From the IMG/VR virus record IMGVR_UViG_3300009155_000038: a stretch of 64,000 nucleotides of DNA; one strand, 5' to 3'. Shown piece after piece: positions 47,631 through 55,854 of this stretch (its first letter is position 1; every line of letters begins with the position of its first letter). The position numbers were made by a program, and so were the translations under genes. The notes below the pieces were generated by a model, which saw nothing but the letters and a program-made list of their open reading frames with translations, made no database searches and was not told the DNA's origin. The stretch comes from a virus.

Positions 47631-48200
47631 TCACCACTTAAACTCAACGGGTTTACGAGTCTTGTACTTCACGCTGAAATCAATCGGCGACTGAAACTTG
47701 ATATCTGGCAGCGGAAGCTTGGGGGCTACATTGGCGCCAGCGGCCAGTAAACCACCGGCAGCCACAGTCGGAATGCCCATCGGGGCGTCGCCCAGCATCT
47801 TGATGCCCTTGCCCAGCTCGCCAATGCCCTGCCCAACTGCAGAAACACCGTGGCCAGTGAGATGCGTCGCTTTGCCGCCCAGTCGCGCTGTATGCCCCAG
47901 TGCGCCAACGATATCGCGCAGAATACCCTGAAATTGCGCTTTGTTCACCGGTCGCACAGCCTGCGTACCAGCCGACATGCCTGCGCGCCCCACAGCGCGA
48001 GTGGCCTGACCAACTGCGTCAATGCCGCTGCCTACGCCGCCGACAATGCCGCCGGCTCCGCGCACAACGCTCTTCGAAGCGTCATTAACAGCGCTCAGCG
48101 CCTTACCGGCCGTGCCTGCAGCGCGACCAAGGCCAGCAAATAAACCGCCAGCTCGCTTTTCGTGCCCGCCGACCAGATATCCAAAATCAAATGGCGTCAT
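47631..48200 (-). CDS. Gly/Ala-rich amphipathic virion cargo protein
   Basis: MTPFDFGYLVGGHEKRAG N-term; G/A-rich helices. Confidence 0.65.
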   Translation of the reverse strand: MTPFDFGYLVGGHEKRAGGLFAGLGRAAGTAGKALSAVNDASKSVVRGAGGIVGGVGSGIDAVGQATRAVGRAGMSAGTQAVRPVNKAQFQGILRDIVGALGHTARLGGKATHLTGHGVSAVGQGIGELGKGIKMLGDAPMGIPTVAAGGLLAAGANVAPKLPLPDIKFQSPIDFSVKYKTRKPVEFKW

Positions 48201-48218
48201 GTCTGCCGCTCCTGATAT

Positions 48219-49034
48219 TTAAAAGTTCAGCATCTTCTTGGGTTTGAATTGCCCCGGTGGCAACTTTGGCGCCATAGGAGCTGGAGCCGGTGCCGGTGCC
48301 GGTGCCGGCGGCGCTGGCATTTGCGGTTGCTGCATCTGTTGCTGATATGCGCGCATATCTGGTGTCATGTAATGTTCGCCGCGAGCAATCGCGCCAACAG
48401 TAAGAGGATCTGCCGGACCAAACCCACCGGCCGCCGCTTGAATTGGCTTCGTGACAATAAAGTTGCGCGCTGTTGTTGGCGCATTGCGAAGCGCAGCGCC
48501 ATAGCCAGCAGCACCCGTTGCGGCTGGTACCGCTGGCGCCACGGTGGGCAAGGCTTTCTGAATACCAGCGCCCATCGATTTCTGCGCGTTTGTTACAATT
48601 TTGGTGCCCTTGTTCAACGCGTTTGCAGTACCTGTCAATGCTTTGCCGGCAGTAGTAGCCCCAGCGCCAGCCAGTCGCGCTCCGCCCCGAGCCAGCCCCT
48701 TAGTCGCAGCGCCGCTCAAAAGGCCGCCTGCCCCCGGTAAAAAGCTGAGTGCGCCTTCGCCCACTGAACCCAGCGCGCTCAAATACCGGCCGTTATACAA
48801 ATGGCGAGCCGTGTCGTTAATGGCTGTGGGTACGCCAGAAATGGGGTTTGAATACTGCGCCACGTGTTGAACTATGCCGCGCTGCATCGGATCGACAGCC
48901 TGCGTTGTCATTGGCGCGGTGCCAAACGCTGCGTTACCGGTTTCGCTCCAACTAGGAATCCAGTCGCCCTCGGCCCAGCCGGCTTGCTTCTTCAAATACA
49001 GCCCAACATGCTGGCCGAATTCGTATGGTTGCAT
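48219..49034 (-). CDS. Gly/Ala-rich virion cargo protein
   Basis: MQPYEFGQHVGLYLKKQAG N-term; ALSFLPGAGG; PA-repeat tail. Confidence 0.65.
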   Translation of the reverse strand: MQPYEFGQHVGLYLKKQAGWAEGDWIPSWSETGNAAFGTAPMTTQAVDPMQRGIVQHVAQYSNPISGVPTAINDTARHLYNGRYLSALGSVGEGALSFLPGAGGLLSGAATKGLARGGARLAGAGATTAGKALTGTANALNKGTKIVTNAQKSMGAGIQKALPTVAPAVPAATGAAGYGAALRNAPTTARNFIVTKPIQAAAGGFGPADPLTVGAIARGEHYMTPDMRAYQQQMQQPQMPAPPAPAPAPAPAPMAPKLPPGQFKPKKMLNF

Positions 49035-49049
49035 GGCGTGTCTCGCGTG

Positions 49050-49412
49050 TTACCGAGTCTCGTGTGGCTTCAGGCACTTACGTTTCAGCATGGCTTTTTT
49101 GTATTCAGCGGCCATTTTCCGCACATCTTTGTTATAGCAATGATAACTCATGCAGTGGCCAAACACAATGTGACACGGACTGCCGCATAGGGTGATTAAG
49201 TTATTCGGGTCCAGCTGTTTTGTCTCGTCGAAGCCCACTGGAATCACGTGATGGACCTCTAAATTGGCTGTTCTACCGCACGCTGCACAGGCTGGCTCTT
49301 TGAGCAAATGCTCGTCCCGAATAGCGCGCCATTGGCTTGCCCGCTGGCGTAACTCCAGAATACGCCGGGGCCGCCACGCAAGCGGAAGCAGGTTGATTAG
49401 GAATTCAAGCAT
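49050..49412 (-). CDS. HNH endonuclease
   Basis: CAACG..EVHHVIP..DPNNLITLC..CH; start ATG 49412 overlaps the AlkB-like stop. Confidence 0.85.
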   Translation of the reverse strand: MLEFLINLLPLAWRPRRILELRQRASQWRAIRDEHLLKEPACAACGRTANLEVHHVIPVGFDETKQLDPNNLITLCGSPCHIVFGHCMSYHCYNKDVRKMAAEYKKAMLKRKCLKPHETR

Positions 49413-49947
49413 GGCCGTCACAGCTGCAACGAAAGACAAGGGAGTATCTACGGCGCACAACTGGCTCGATAGCGTGCTGCCACTCAGTGCGAATCTCGTC
49501 ATGTAATTGGACAAGACTTCGGGGCGGTAACTCAATAGCAAAGCGCGCTTGGTCCCGTACAAATATCATTGTGGCCGGTGACTCGACGCTCAATACAGTG
49601 ACAATGCGCCCACTGGCGGGGTTATCAATATGAAGCGCAATGCTCTGGCCCCGTAAATATTCGTTAATAGAAACAGAATCGGGCAGCACACTGACGAGCT
49701 TGTTTTCTAGTAATCTGTCGCACAGCGCTTGTAAGTAGGCTGGGATAGTGTCGGCTAGCATGTACGAGCCGTATGACTTGTCCGAGCCGTAGCGCCGGAC
49801 GCTCTGCCTGTTTGTGTCCCGGGGTTGGGCGTTATGGGGTGCGCCTGAGCTACACCGCGCAATCAAGTGCTGCTCTTCGGTAGGCGTAATAAACTCGCCG
49901 TACAAGCGCAGGCCAATAGGCTCATGCCCCGTCACGATTTGTTGCAT
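49405..49947 (-). CDS. AlkB-like 2OG-Fe(II) dioxygenase
   Basis: INEY..G..I.LHID (HxD), WQHAI (H), RRYSLVFR. Confidence 0.85.
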   Translation of the reverse strand: MQQIVTGHEPIGLRLYGEFITPTEEQHLIARCSSGAPHNAQPRDTNRQSVRRYGSDKSYGSYMLADTIPAYLQALCDRLLENKLVSVLPDSVSINEYLRGQSIALHIDNPASGRIVTVLSVESPATMIFVRDQARFAIELPPRSLVQLHDEIRTEWQHAIEPVVRRRYSLVFRCSCDGHA

Positions 49948-50070
49948 GTGGCGCCCCGACTTCTTTGCTGCCCGCTTTGTGCTTGGGCACATATGGGCAG
50001 TTCTTACATTTGTTCCCACAGCATTTGCCGTACTGTAGGAGTTTCTCCCGTGACATCGGCCTTGGGGCCG

Positions 50071-50328
50071 TCATTTCTTGAGCTTCACAATGATGTACGT
50101 GCCCAAAAAAGCCCCCGCGGCTAAAAACGCGATGTAAACAATGTTACGCGAGTATGTGAGCACGCCATAGGCCGCAAGGCTATACAACAGCGAGCTGGCC
50201 ACGGCTGCCTGCACTTCCTGCCGCTTGCCCACCGCGATGATGTACCACGCATAGAGCACGTCGATCAGGATGTACGTGATAAATACAAGCCCGGCCGTGG
50301 TCCAGTTAAATGTGTCGGGTGTCTGCAT
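50071..50328 (-). CDS. Small 3-TM membrane protein
   Basis: 85 aa, almost entirely hydrophobic helices. Confidence 0.65.
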   Translation of the reverse strand: MQTPDTFNWTTAGLVFITYILIDVLYAWYIIAVGKRQEVQAAVASSLLYSLAAYGVLTYSRNIVYIAFLAAGAFLGTYIIVKLKK

Positions 50329-50334
50329 GGCATA

Positions 50335-50688
50335 TCACTGCATTGAAGCAGCGTGCGTGAAATGCCGCTCATACTGGACGTAAATCTCAGCATACGCCAC
50401 ACCCCATGCCGGATCGTGCGCTAACTTATTGAACGCGGCGTCATCTTTGGCCTCGTCCAGCATGTGGTTCCACGCCCGAGCATGCGCCCACTCATGGATC
50501 AGCACGTCCATGGCCCGGCCTTCGTCCAGCGCCCGGTCAATCTGGATGTGGAACTTCTTGCCGTGTTTCCAGCAGCGGCCCTCTAGCTTGGAGAGCTTCA
50601 CACGGCGCACACTCACAGGAAATGCCGCGGGGCAGTCCTGTTTGAGCATGCGGAGAAGGGCCTGATAATATCTAAATCGAGCGGCCAT
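50335..50688 (-). CDS. SprT/zincin-like metallopeptidase
   Basis: LIHEWAHA (HExxH) plus downstream H..WG. Confidence 0.7.
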   Translation of the reverse strand: MAARFRYYQALLRMLKQDCPAAFPVSVRRVKLSKLEGRCWKHGKKFHIQIDRALDEGRAMDVLIHEWAHARAWNHMLDEAKDDAAFNKLAHDPAWGVAYAEIYVQYERHFTHAASMQ

Positions 50689-50727
50689 GCTCTAAATCTC
50701 CCGGTGGCTTCCGTGCCAGTAACCCCT

Positions 50728-50735
50728 AGTATACA
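50728..50735 (-). promoter_or_regulatory. Candidate late promoter element TGTATACT
   Basis: Intergenic copy about 40 nt upstream of ATG 50688. Confidence 0.35.
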
Positions 50736-50762
50736 GGGCCGGGAGAAGATAGTCGGCAGAGA

Positions 50763-51338
50763 TTATTTAGTGCTTTCCCAGCTCGGTTTGCCAAGTACAG
50801 CGCTCGTGGCAGCATAACCGCCCACGCCGCCAACAGTAGCGCCGGCAGGCACACCAAGACCCAGCGTGGCTAACGCTCTGCCTAAGTTTTGCCTGTTAAC
50901 CTGATTTTGCGTAAATGGCATCGGTCGGCGCATCGGGTTAGCTGCTCCACTCAGCGGGATTTTGCGGCCTCTGCCCTTGAGCAACAGCGACATCGCTAAT
51001 ACACCTAGCGGCGTGCCAGCCAGCGCGCCTAGCCCAGCTCCCGTGCCTTTGACAGCACCACGAGCTGCGCCTTCCATGCGATGGCCTTCCGGCGATGTGA
51101 TAACTCCCAGCCCGGCGCCAATGGGGCCGAACAAAGCCTGCTTGCCCATTTGCTTGCCAACGTGCATGCCAAACTGCTGTGGAGTCATAGCCATTCTGTC
51201 ACCTGTTGCTTGAACCGCGTTTTGCATTTTTCTGGCCGTTACATGCGCAAAAATTTTTTCCATTAACTTTCGACGAGACAATAGAAGTTCCGGCGAAAGA
51301 TTAGCGCCAAGACTTGTCAGTAGTCTAAACGGCGGCAT
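50763..51338 (-). CDS. Glycine-zipper virion cargo protein
   Basis: MTPQQFGMHVGKQMGKQA (possible start 51188); IGAGLG, GAGLGALAG, GATVGGVGG. Confidence 0.65.
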   Translation of the reverse strand: MPPFRLLTSLGANLSPELLLSRRKLMEKIFAHVTARKMQNAVQATGDRMAMTPQQFGMHVGKQMGKQALFGPIGAGLGVITSPEGHRMEGAARGAVKGTGAGLGALAGTPLGVLAMSLLLKGRGRKIPLSGAANPMRRPMPFTQNQVNRQNLGRALATLGLGVPAGATVGGVGGYAATSAVLGKPSWESTK

Positions 51339-51359
51339 GGCAAAATTCCTGCTGTGTAA

Positions 51360-52343
51360 TTAGCGCGCCAGCTGACCTATGTAAGCGCCGAACATAACGA
51401 ACTGATTCGCCGCCGACAATTTGGCAAACATAGGGCCGGGAGTATCTTGCTGTTTCGGCATTGACGGCATCGGGCCAGCGGGCATCTGTTGCGGCTTGCC
51501 CGGGATCCTCATGTTGCCGGGCATCTTAGGGGCTGGCATGGCGTCAGCTGCGGCGTTGAACTGATTGAGCCGACGCATTACTTGCGGTGCCTGTGCTACT
51601 TCGCCGCCAGCTGCACTGCGTTGCTGATTGAGTTGAATACGCAGCCGGTCAGCTTGGTCACGCGGGTGCATGCTCTTCACGTCTGGCTTATATCCCGGCG
51701 CGTTGCGCATGGTGTTGCTCTGGTTAAGCAGCTTGTTGCCCTGATCCATCATGGACTTTTCTTCAGCGGCAGAAAACGTGCCACGACCAAACGCTGCGTC
51801 ACGGCGACGCTGATTGACTTGGGCGAAGATAGCCTTAGCTTGGTCAGACGGGTGCATCTCTGGCTGCGACTTTTGCATAGCAACGAGTTGCGTATTGGCG
51901 GGGCTCACTGGTTTGGGTGCGACGGGTGCCGCAGGCTTCGGGGCAGCAACTGCGCCGTTACCAGAGGTTACTGACATGTCTGGAATCATCGTCGCCTGCC
52001 GCCAACCGTTTGCCGGTTTCGGCCCAGATTGTGTGGCCACAGGCGGCTTGGCAGCAATTGGTTCAGCAGGAGCGCCAGCGCCAGTGTTATACGACACGGC
52101 TGGCACCGTTCCCGGAGCCTTCCAACCATTGCCGCCACCTTGAGCCAGCACATTCTGCAGCATTGATTGCGGCTGCGGGTTGCGCTGCAGCTGCTGCTGA
52201 CGCATCTGATCAAACTGCGCCTTCGGTACCTGTGAGCGACCCAACGGAAGCGAACCCGGCTCAGCTGCTGTCTTCAGATGCGCCTGCGCTTGTTTCAGCA
52301 GGTCATAGTTGAGCGAACTATTCATGGCACTGGATTGGGACAT
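51360..52343 (-). CDS. Pro/Gln-rich virion cargo protein
   Basis: LKTAA, KLSA; internal duplication HPSDQA/HPRDQA..QVNQRR/QLNQQR; C-term FGAYIG. Confidence 0.6.
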   Translation of the reverse strand: MSQSSAMNSSLNYDLLKQAQAHLKTAAEPGSLPLGRSQVPKAQFDQMRQQQLQRNPQPQSMLQNVLAQGGGNGWKAPGTVPAVSYNTGAGAPAEPIAAKPPVATQSGPKPANGWRQATMIPDMSVTSGNGAVAAPKPAAPVAPKPVSPANTQLVAMQKSQPEMHPSDQAKAIFAQVNQRRRDAAFGRGTFSAAEEKSMMDQGNKLLNQSNTMRNAPGYKPDVKSMHPRDQADRLRIQLNQQRSAAGGEVAQAPQVMRRLNQFNAAADAMPAPKMPGNMRIPGKPQQMPAGPMPSMPKQQDTPGPMFAKLSAANQFVMFGAYIGQLAR

Positions 52344-52362
52344 AGATCAGCTCCGTAAATAA

Positions 52363-54903
52363 TTACGCGTTGGATTTATCGGCTGTTGAGTCGTCAGCCC
52401 CGCCATTTGAAGTAGCTGGTGCTTGTGCCACCAATTTAACATTGCTCGGGCGCAATTTCAATTTCTTCAGGCGGGCTTTCAACCGTTCGCTCTGTAACGG
52501 CATGGAGTTAAATACAGCCGCAAGCTTCTCTGGCTCGTGATTCTTGCTGCCCTCTTCGCGCAGAATACGCCTGAATTCTTCGTTGACTTGCTCTTTTTCA
52601 TTGGCTAAATGAGCCAATACTTCGTCGCCAGTGCGTTCGCGCTTGTAGCCCATGAGCCTGCCCAACACACTGGGGTCTTCCGAGCTACTTAGATATCTTT
52701 GTACCGCGACGTTCTTGAGTTCCTCTGGCAGCCCAACATGAGAGTCAAACCGTAACCCACGACCACGCGCCTGCTGGCTACGGGTTTCGTTCCAATGCGG
52801 GTCTAAAAGTTGGATAAGACTGGTGCCCTTGGTCGACAACCCTTCGGCGCCAGCGGGGCCAATAAGGAGCGCTCTGAGCTTGCCGGCGTTGTACGCATCG
52901 ACAGCGGCTTGGCGGGCCTTGGGTGTCACGCCGCCATGAAAGAACCCGTGCGGGACTTTGGCTTTCTCTAGCGCGCTGGCATACGGGGCTAAGCCAGACT
53001 CTACAAAGTTCGAGTAGATGATGGCTTTCTTGCGTGGGTCTGTCTGCAGTTCTTTCTGCAGGTTATTAAATGCAGCTTGAAGCTTGGCGCTCTGCGTAAA
53101 CGCTTTGCTCGGGTCTTTGTCTACCCTGAATGGCTGCGTGGAGAGACTCACTTGGCGCATGCCCGACATAAAAGAGTTTAGCTTGGCCAGCTCTTCGCGC
53201 GACAGCGGGAACTCATGGTCGATCTTCCATAAGAATCCCGGCGGAATCTTCGTGCGAATAGCTTTCTGGATCTTCTGCTGTTCTGCACTCAGTGGTACGT
53301 GCACTGTCTGCTCGTTGATGTTCACGCCTTCTGGTGTCTTGCTGGGCTGATAGTCTACGTGGCCAGCAAGAAGCTTTCTTAGGCCAGCTTCGTTTTTGAC
53401 AACTGGTTTGACACCCGGCTGCGCGCCCCTGAGCCAGCCCATAATCCCCGGCCACACTGTCTTCTGGCCTACGTACTGCTTGTTAAACTCTTCAGGCGTG
53501 ATCTGCTTGTTATGAATCAGCGACAAGAGATTAGCCATGTCGCTGGGCTCATTGGTAACAGGCGAACCAGTGAGCAGCAAGAGTCTTTTAGCGGCTGCAG
53601 CAGCTTGCGCAGCGGCTTGGGAGCTAGCAGCGTTGGGATTACGTAATCTATGGGCCTCGTCCATGATGAGCGTGCTGGGCTGCTCTTGGAATTTCTTGCC
53701 CAGCCCCAGCCCCGTATAACTCATGACCTCGGGATCAGAGCCAGTTGTGAACTTCTTGATCTCTTTCTCGAAGTTGCCCTTCAAGCTAGCAGGCGCCACG
53801 ATGCCGTAAGTACCGCCGAACTTCTTCTTGGCGGCTTCTGCGGCAGCTAATGCAGAAAGAGACTTGCCACTACCCAAGCCGTGATAGACAAGCATGCGGG
53901 GCTCGTCTTCTGTGACTTCGTCAGCTATTCTTTGCTGGTGGGGTTGTAACTGGACTTCTGGAAGCAAATCAGCTTGCTTTTCAGCCACGTACTTCTGCAT
54001 AGCTTTGCGCTGGTAGTCGTCTAGCATCTCTACTACACCATTTCGCGCGTCGTTAGTAACCAATTTCGCAGGGTCGATTCCCCAGTTGCGTAAAGCCCAG
54101 CCTCTACGTGGTGTTGGATTACTCACAAAGGGCCCGCCGTGTCGCGCTTTGAAGCTAGACCAGCGCTTAATCTGCCGTTCGTCTTCTTCTGGGATGCGCC
54201 GGCCAGCTGAGTAGCGCTTATACCACTGCGCCCAGCCCTTCGGGTCATGCTTTGACACCCACTCGGGCTTCCACTCGCCCAGACTAGCCAATCTGGGGCC
54301 TTGGTTTCTATACAGCGCGTCGTACACGCCCAAGTTCTCAAGCTGCTCAGGCGTGTAGTCTGGCTGAAACTTGTCGGCGATGTCCGCAGTTCGCGAATCG
54401 AGGACAGGAACATCGGCAGCAGCGTGCTTTGCCCACGCTTTGCCAGCTAACTCAGCAAACCGTTTGCGCAGTGCGTCCTTGTCATCAAACTGCTCGATGT
54501 TACGCATGTGGTCAGTGAGTTTTACTTTGTGCGTCTTCGTGGGCGTGACATCGTGTGGCACAGACCAGCCAAGATTCGGATCGCTTTCGGGCGGCGCAGA
54601 ATATTGGTCAGAATCGTACTCGTATACATCGCCCTCGGGCAGCAGCGCGTTGTTTTTGTAGATGAGCAGCTTGGGGTTTGCGCCGCCAATAACAGCCATG
54701 CCCTTGCGATCTTTGGCTAATGCGTACAGCGCAGCCCAGTCCAAATTATCAGTGCCGTAGACACCAGCGCCGCCCATATTTGGCTGCTGGGCTTTCAGCG
54801 TAGTTAAACCGGGCGTTGTTGAGCCGTGATAGAACGTCTTGGCGCCCTTCTCCCACGCACTGCCAGCCGCCTGCGCAATGATATCTTTATCCAGATCAGG
54901 CAT
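52363..54903 (-). CDS. Polyprotein-like fusion: ADP-ribosyltransferase-like domain + conserved viral domain + SF2 (SNF2-like) helicase
   Basis: FYHGS..GVYGT..A..YA..VYE; DPKGWAQWYKRY..GRR..EDERQIKRW; HGLGSGKS, DEAH, LLTGSP, QQARGRGLR; KHAA, KQAD and KLAA at boundaries. Confidence 0.8.
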   Translation of the reverse strand: MPDLDKDIIAQAAGSAWEKGAKTFYHGSTTPGLTTLKAQQPNMGGAGVYGTDNLDWAALYALAKDRKGMAVIGGANPKLLIYKNNALLPEGDVYEYDSDQYSAPPESDPNLGWSVPHDVTPTKTHKVKLTDHMRNIEQFDDKDALRKRFAELAGKAWAKHAAADVPVLDSRTADIADKFQPDYTPEQLENLGVYDALYRNQGPRLASLGEWKPEWVSKHDPKGWAQWYKRYSAGRRIPEEDERQIKRWSSFKARHGGPFVSNPTPRRGWALRNWGIDPAKLVTNDARNGVVEMLDDYQRKAMQKYVAEKQADLLPEVQLQPHQQRIADEVTEDEPRMLVYHGLGSGKSLSALAAAEAAKKKFGGTYGIVAPASLKGNFEKEIKKFTTGSDPEVMSYTGLGLGKKFQEQPSTLIMDEAHRLRNPNAASSQAAAQAAAAAKRLLLLTGSPVTNEPSDMANLLSLIHNKQITPEEFNKQYVGQKTVWPGIMGWLRGAQPGVKPVVKNEAGLRKLLAGHVDYQPSKTPEGVNINEQTVHVPLSAEQQKIQKAIRTKIPPGFLWKIDHEFPLSREELAKLNSFMSGMRQVSLSTQPFRVDKDPSKAFTQSAKLQAAFNNLQKELQTDPRKKAIIYSNFVESGLAPYASALEKAKVPHGFFHGGVTPKARQAAVDAYNAGKLRALLIGPAGAEGLSTKGTSLIQLLDPHWNETRSQQARGRGLRFDSHVGLPEELKNVAVQRYLSSSEDPSVLGRLMGYKRERTGDEVLAHLANEKEQVNEEFRRILREEGSKNHEPEKLAAVFNSMPLQSERLKARLKKLKLRPSNVKLVAQAPATSNGGADDSTADKSNA

Positions 54904-54917
54904 GGGTGCGTTTCCGC

Positions 54918-55772
54918 TCACTGTACAGCGTCGAGAATAGGCGTCTGGCCTTCGGTGGCCCGCGCCTGCTTGGCTAGCTCGTATTGCTCGATCTGTGATT
55001 CTACCCAATCCGCGTACAAACTAACACGGGTATGCGCCGACTCGTCTGTGTACGTTCCGTTGGGCTTGCCGTCTTTGGCCATGAGAAACGAGTGTATTCC
55101 AGCTAGTTTGTTACCTATAAACAAGCCGCCGCCAGAATCACCGGGGGTAATTAAGAACTCCAGCACTGTTTTCTGGTACATGCTGGGGTCACACACTAAG
55201 ACAGAGCGCTCTAGGCTCGTAATCTTGTTACTTCCAGCCCTACGCTTGCCGTCTTGCTCTGCCATGCCCGTATGAAACGTGCCCTGAAAGCCAAAGCCGG
55301 CCATAGTAGCCTCTTTGCCCAGCTCGTCTGTCTCTGTGTACAGCGCTGGATAGAACGTTAACCCCAAGTCTTTCGCTGAATAGCACAGGGCGATGTCGTA
55401 GTACCCGTTCTTGCCGTCGTCAAACAAGGGGTGCGAGATCGTGTGCTGGATGGGGTATTCTGTCGGATCCAGCTCGTCGCCAAGAATAGTGGGCTGCGCG
55501 ACGTCGATTAAGACGTGCGCGGCAGTGAGCACCCAGTGTGGGCGAATCATCACTGCGGAGCCGTAGAAGACATGAATAGCTTTGGGGTCTTTGGGGGCGC
55601 GCTCTTCGGCCCTGATTCTGCGCACAAACGGGAACTTCTTGCCAAACTCGACGTACTTCTCGTCGGGAGTTTCGGGATCGCGAGTGCCGGCTGTAATGGG
55701 CCCGCCTGACACACCCGCTAGGCAGAGAAAGATCAGAAGCACGCGGCGGAGAATAATAATTGCAGCATCCAT
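54918..55772 (-). CDS. Secreted trypsin-like (S1) serine protease
   Basis: Signal peptide; LTAAHV, DIAL, GDSGG triad. Confidence 0.9.
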   Translation of the reverse strand: MDAAIIILRRVLLIFLCLAGVSGGPITAGTRDPETPDEKYVEFGKKFPFVRRIRAEERAPKDPKAIHVFYGSAVMIRPHWVLTAAHVLIDVAQPTILGDELDPTEYPIQHTISHPLFDDGKNGYYDIALCYSAKDLGLTFYPALYTETDELGKEATMAGFGFQGTFHTGMAEQDGKRRAGSNKITSLERSVLVCDPSMYQKTVLEFLITPGDSGGGLFIGNKLAGIHSFLMAKDGKPNGTYTDESAHTRVSLYADWVESQIEQYELAKQARATEGQTPILDAVQ

Positions 55773-55854
55773 GCCAATACCCCCGTTAAAAAGTCACGCA
55801 TAAGTTAACTTCCTACGTATCAGTCTAGGGTATGGGCCGCTGATATTGATAACT

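Noticed and set aside
31218-55772. Host assignment to Planctomycetota
   Set aside because: The gene content is suggestive only; it cannot be supported without database or spacer matches
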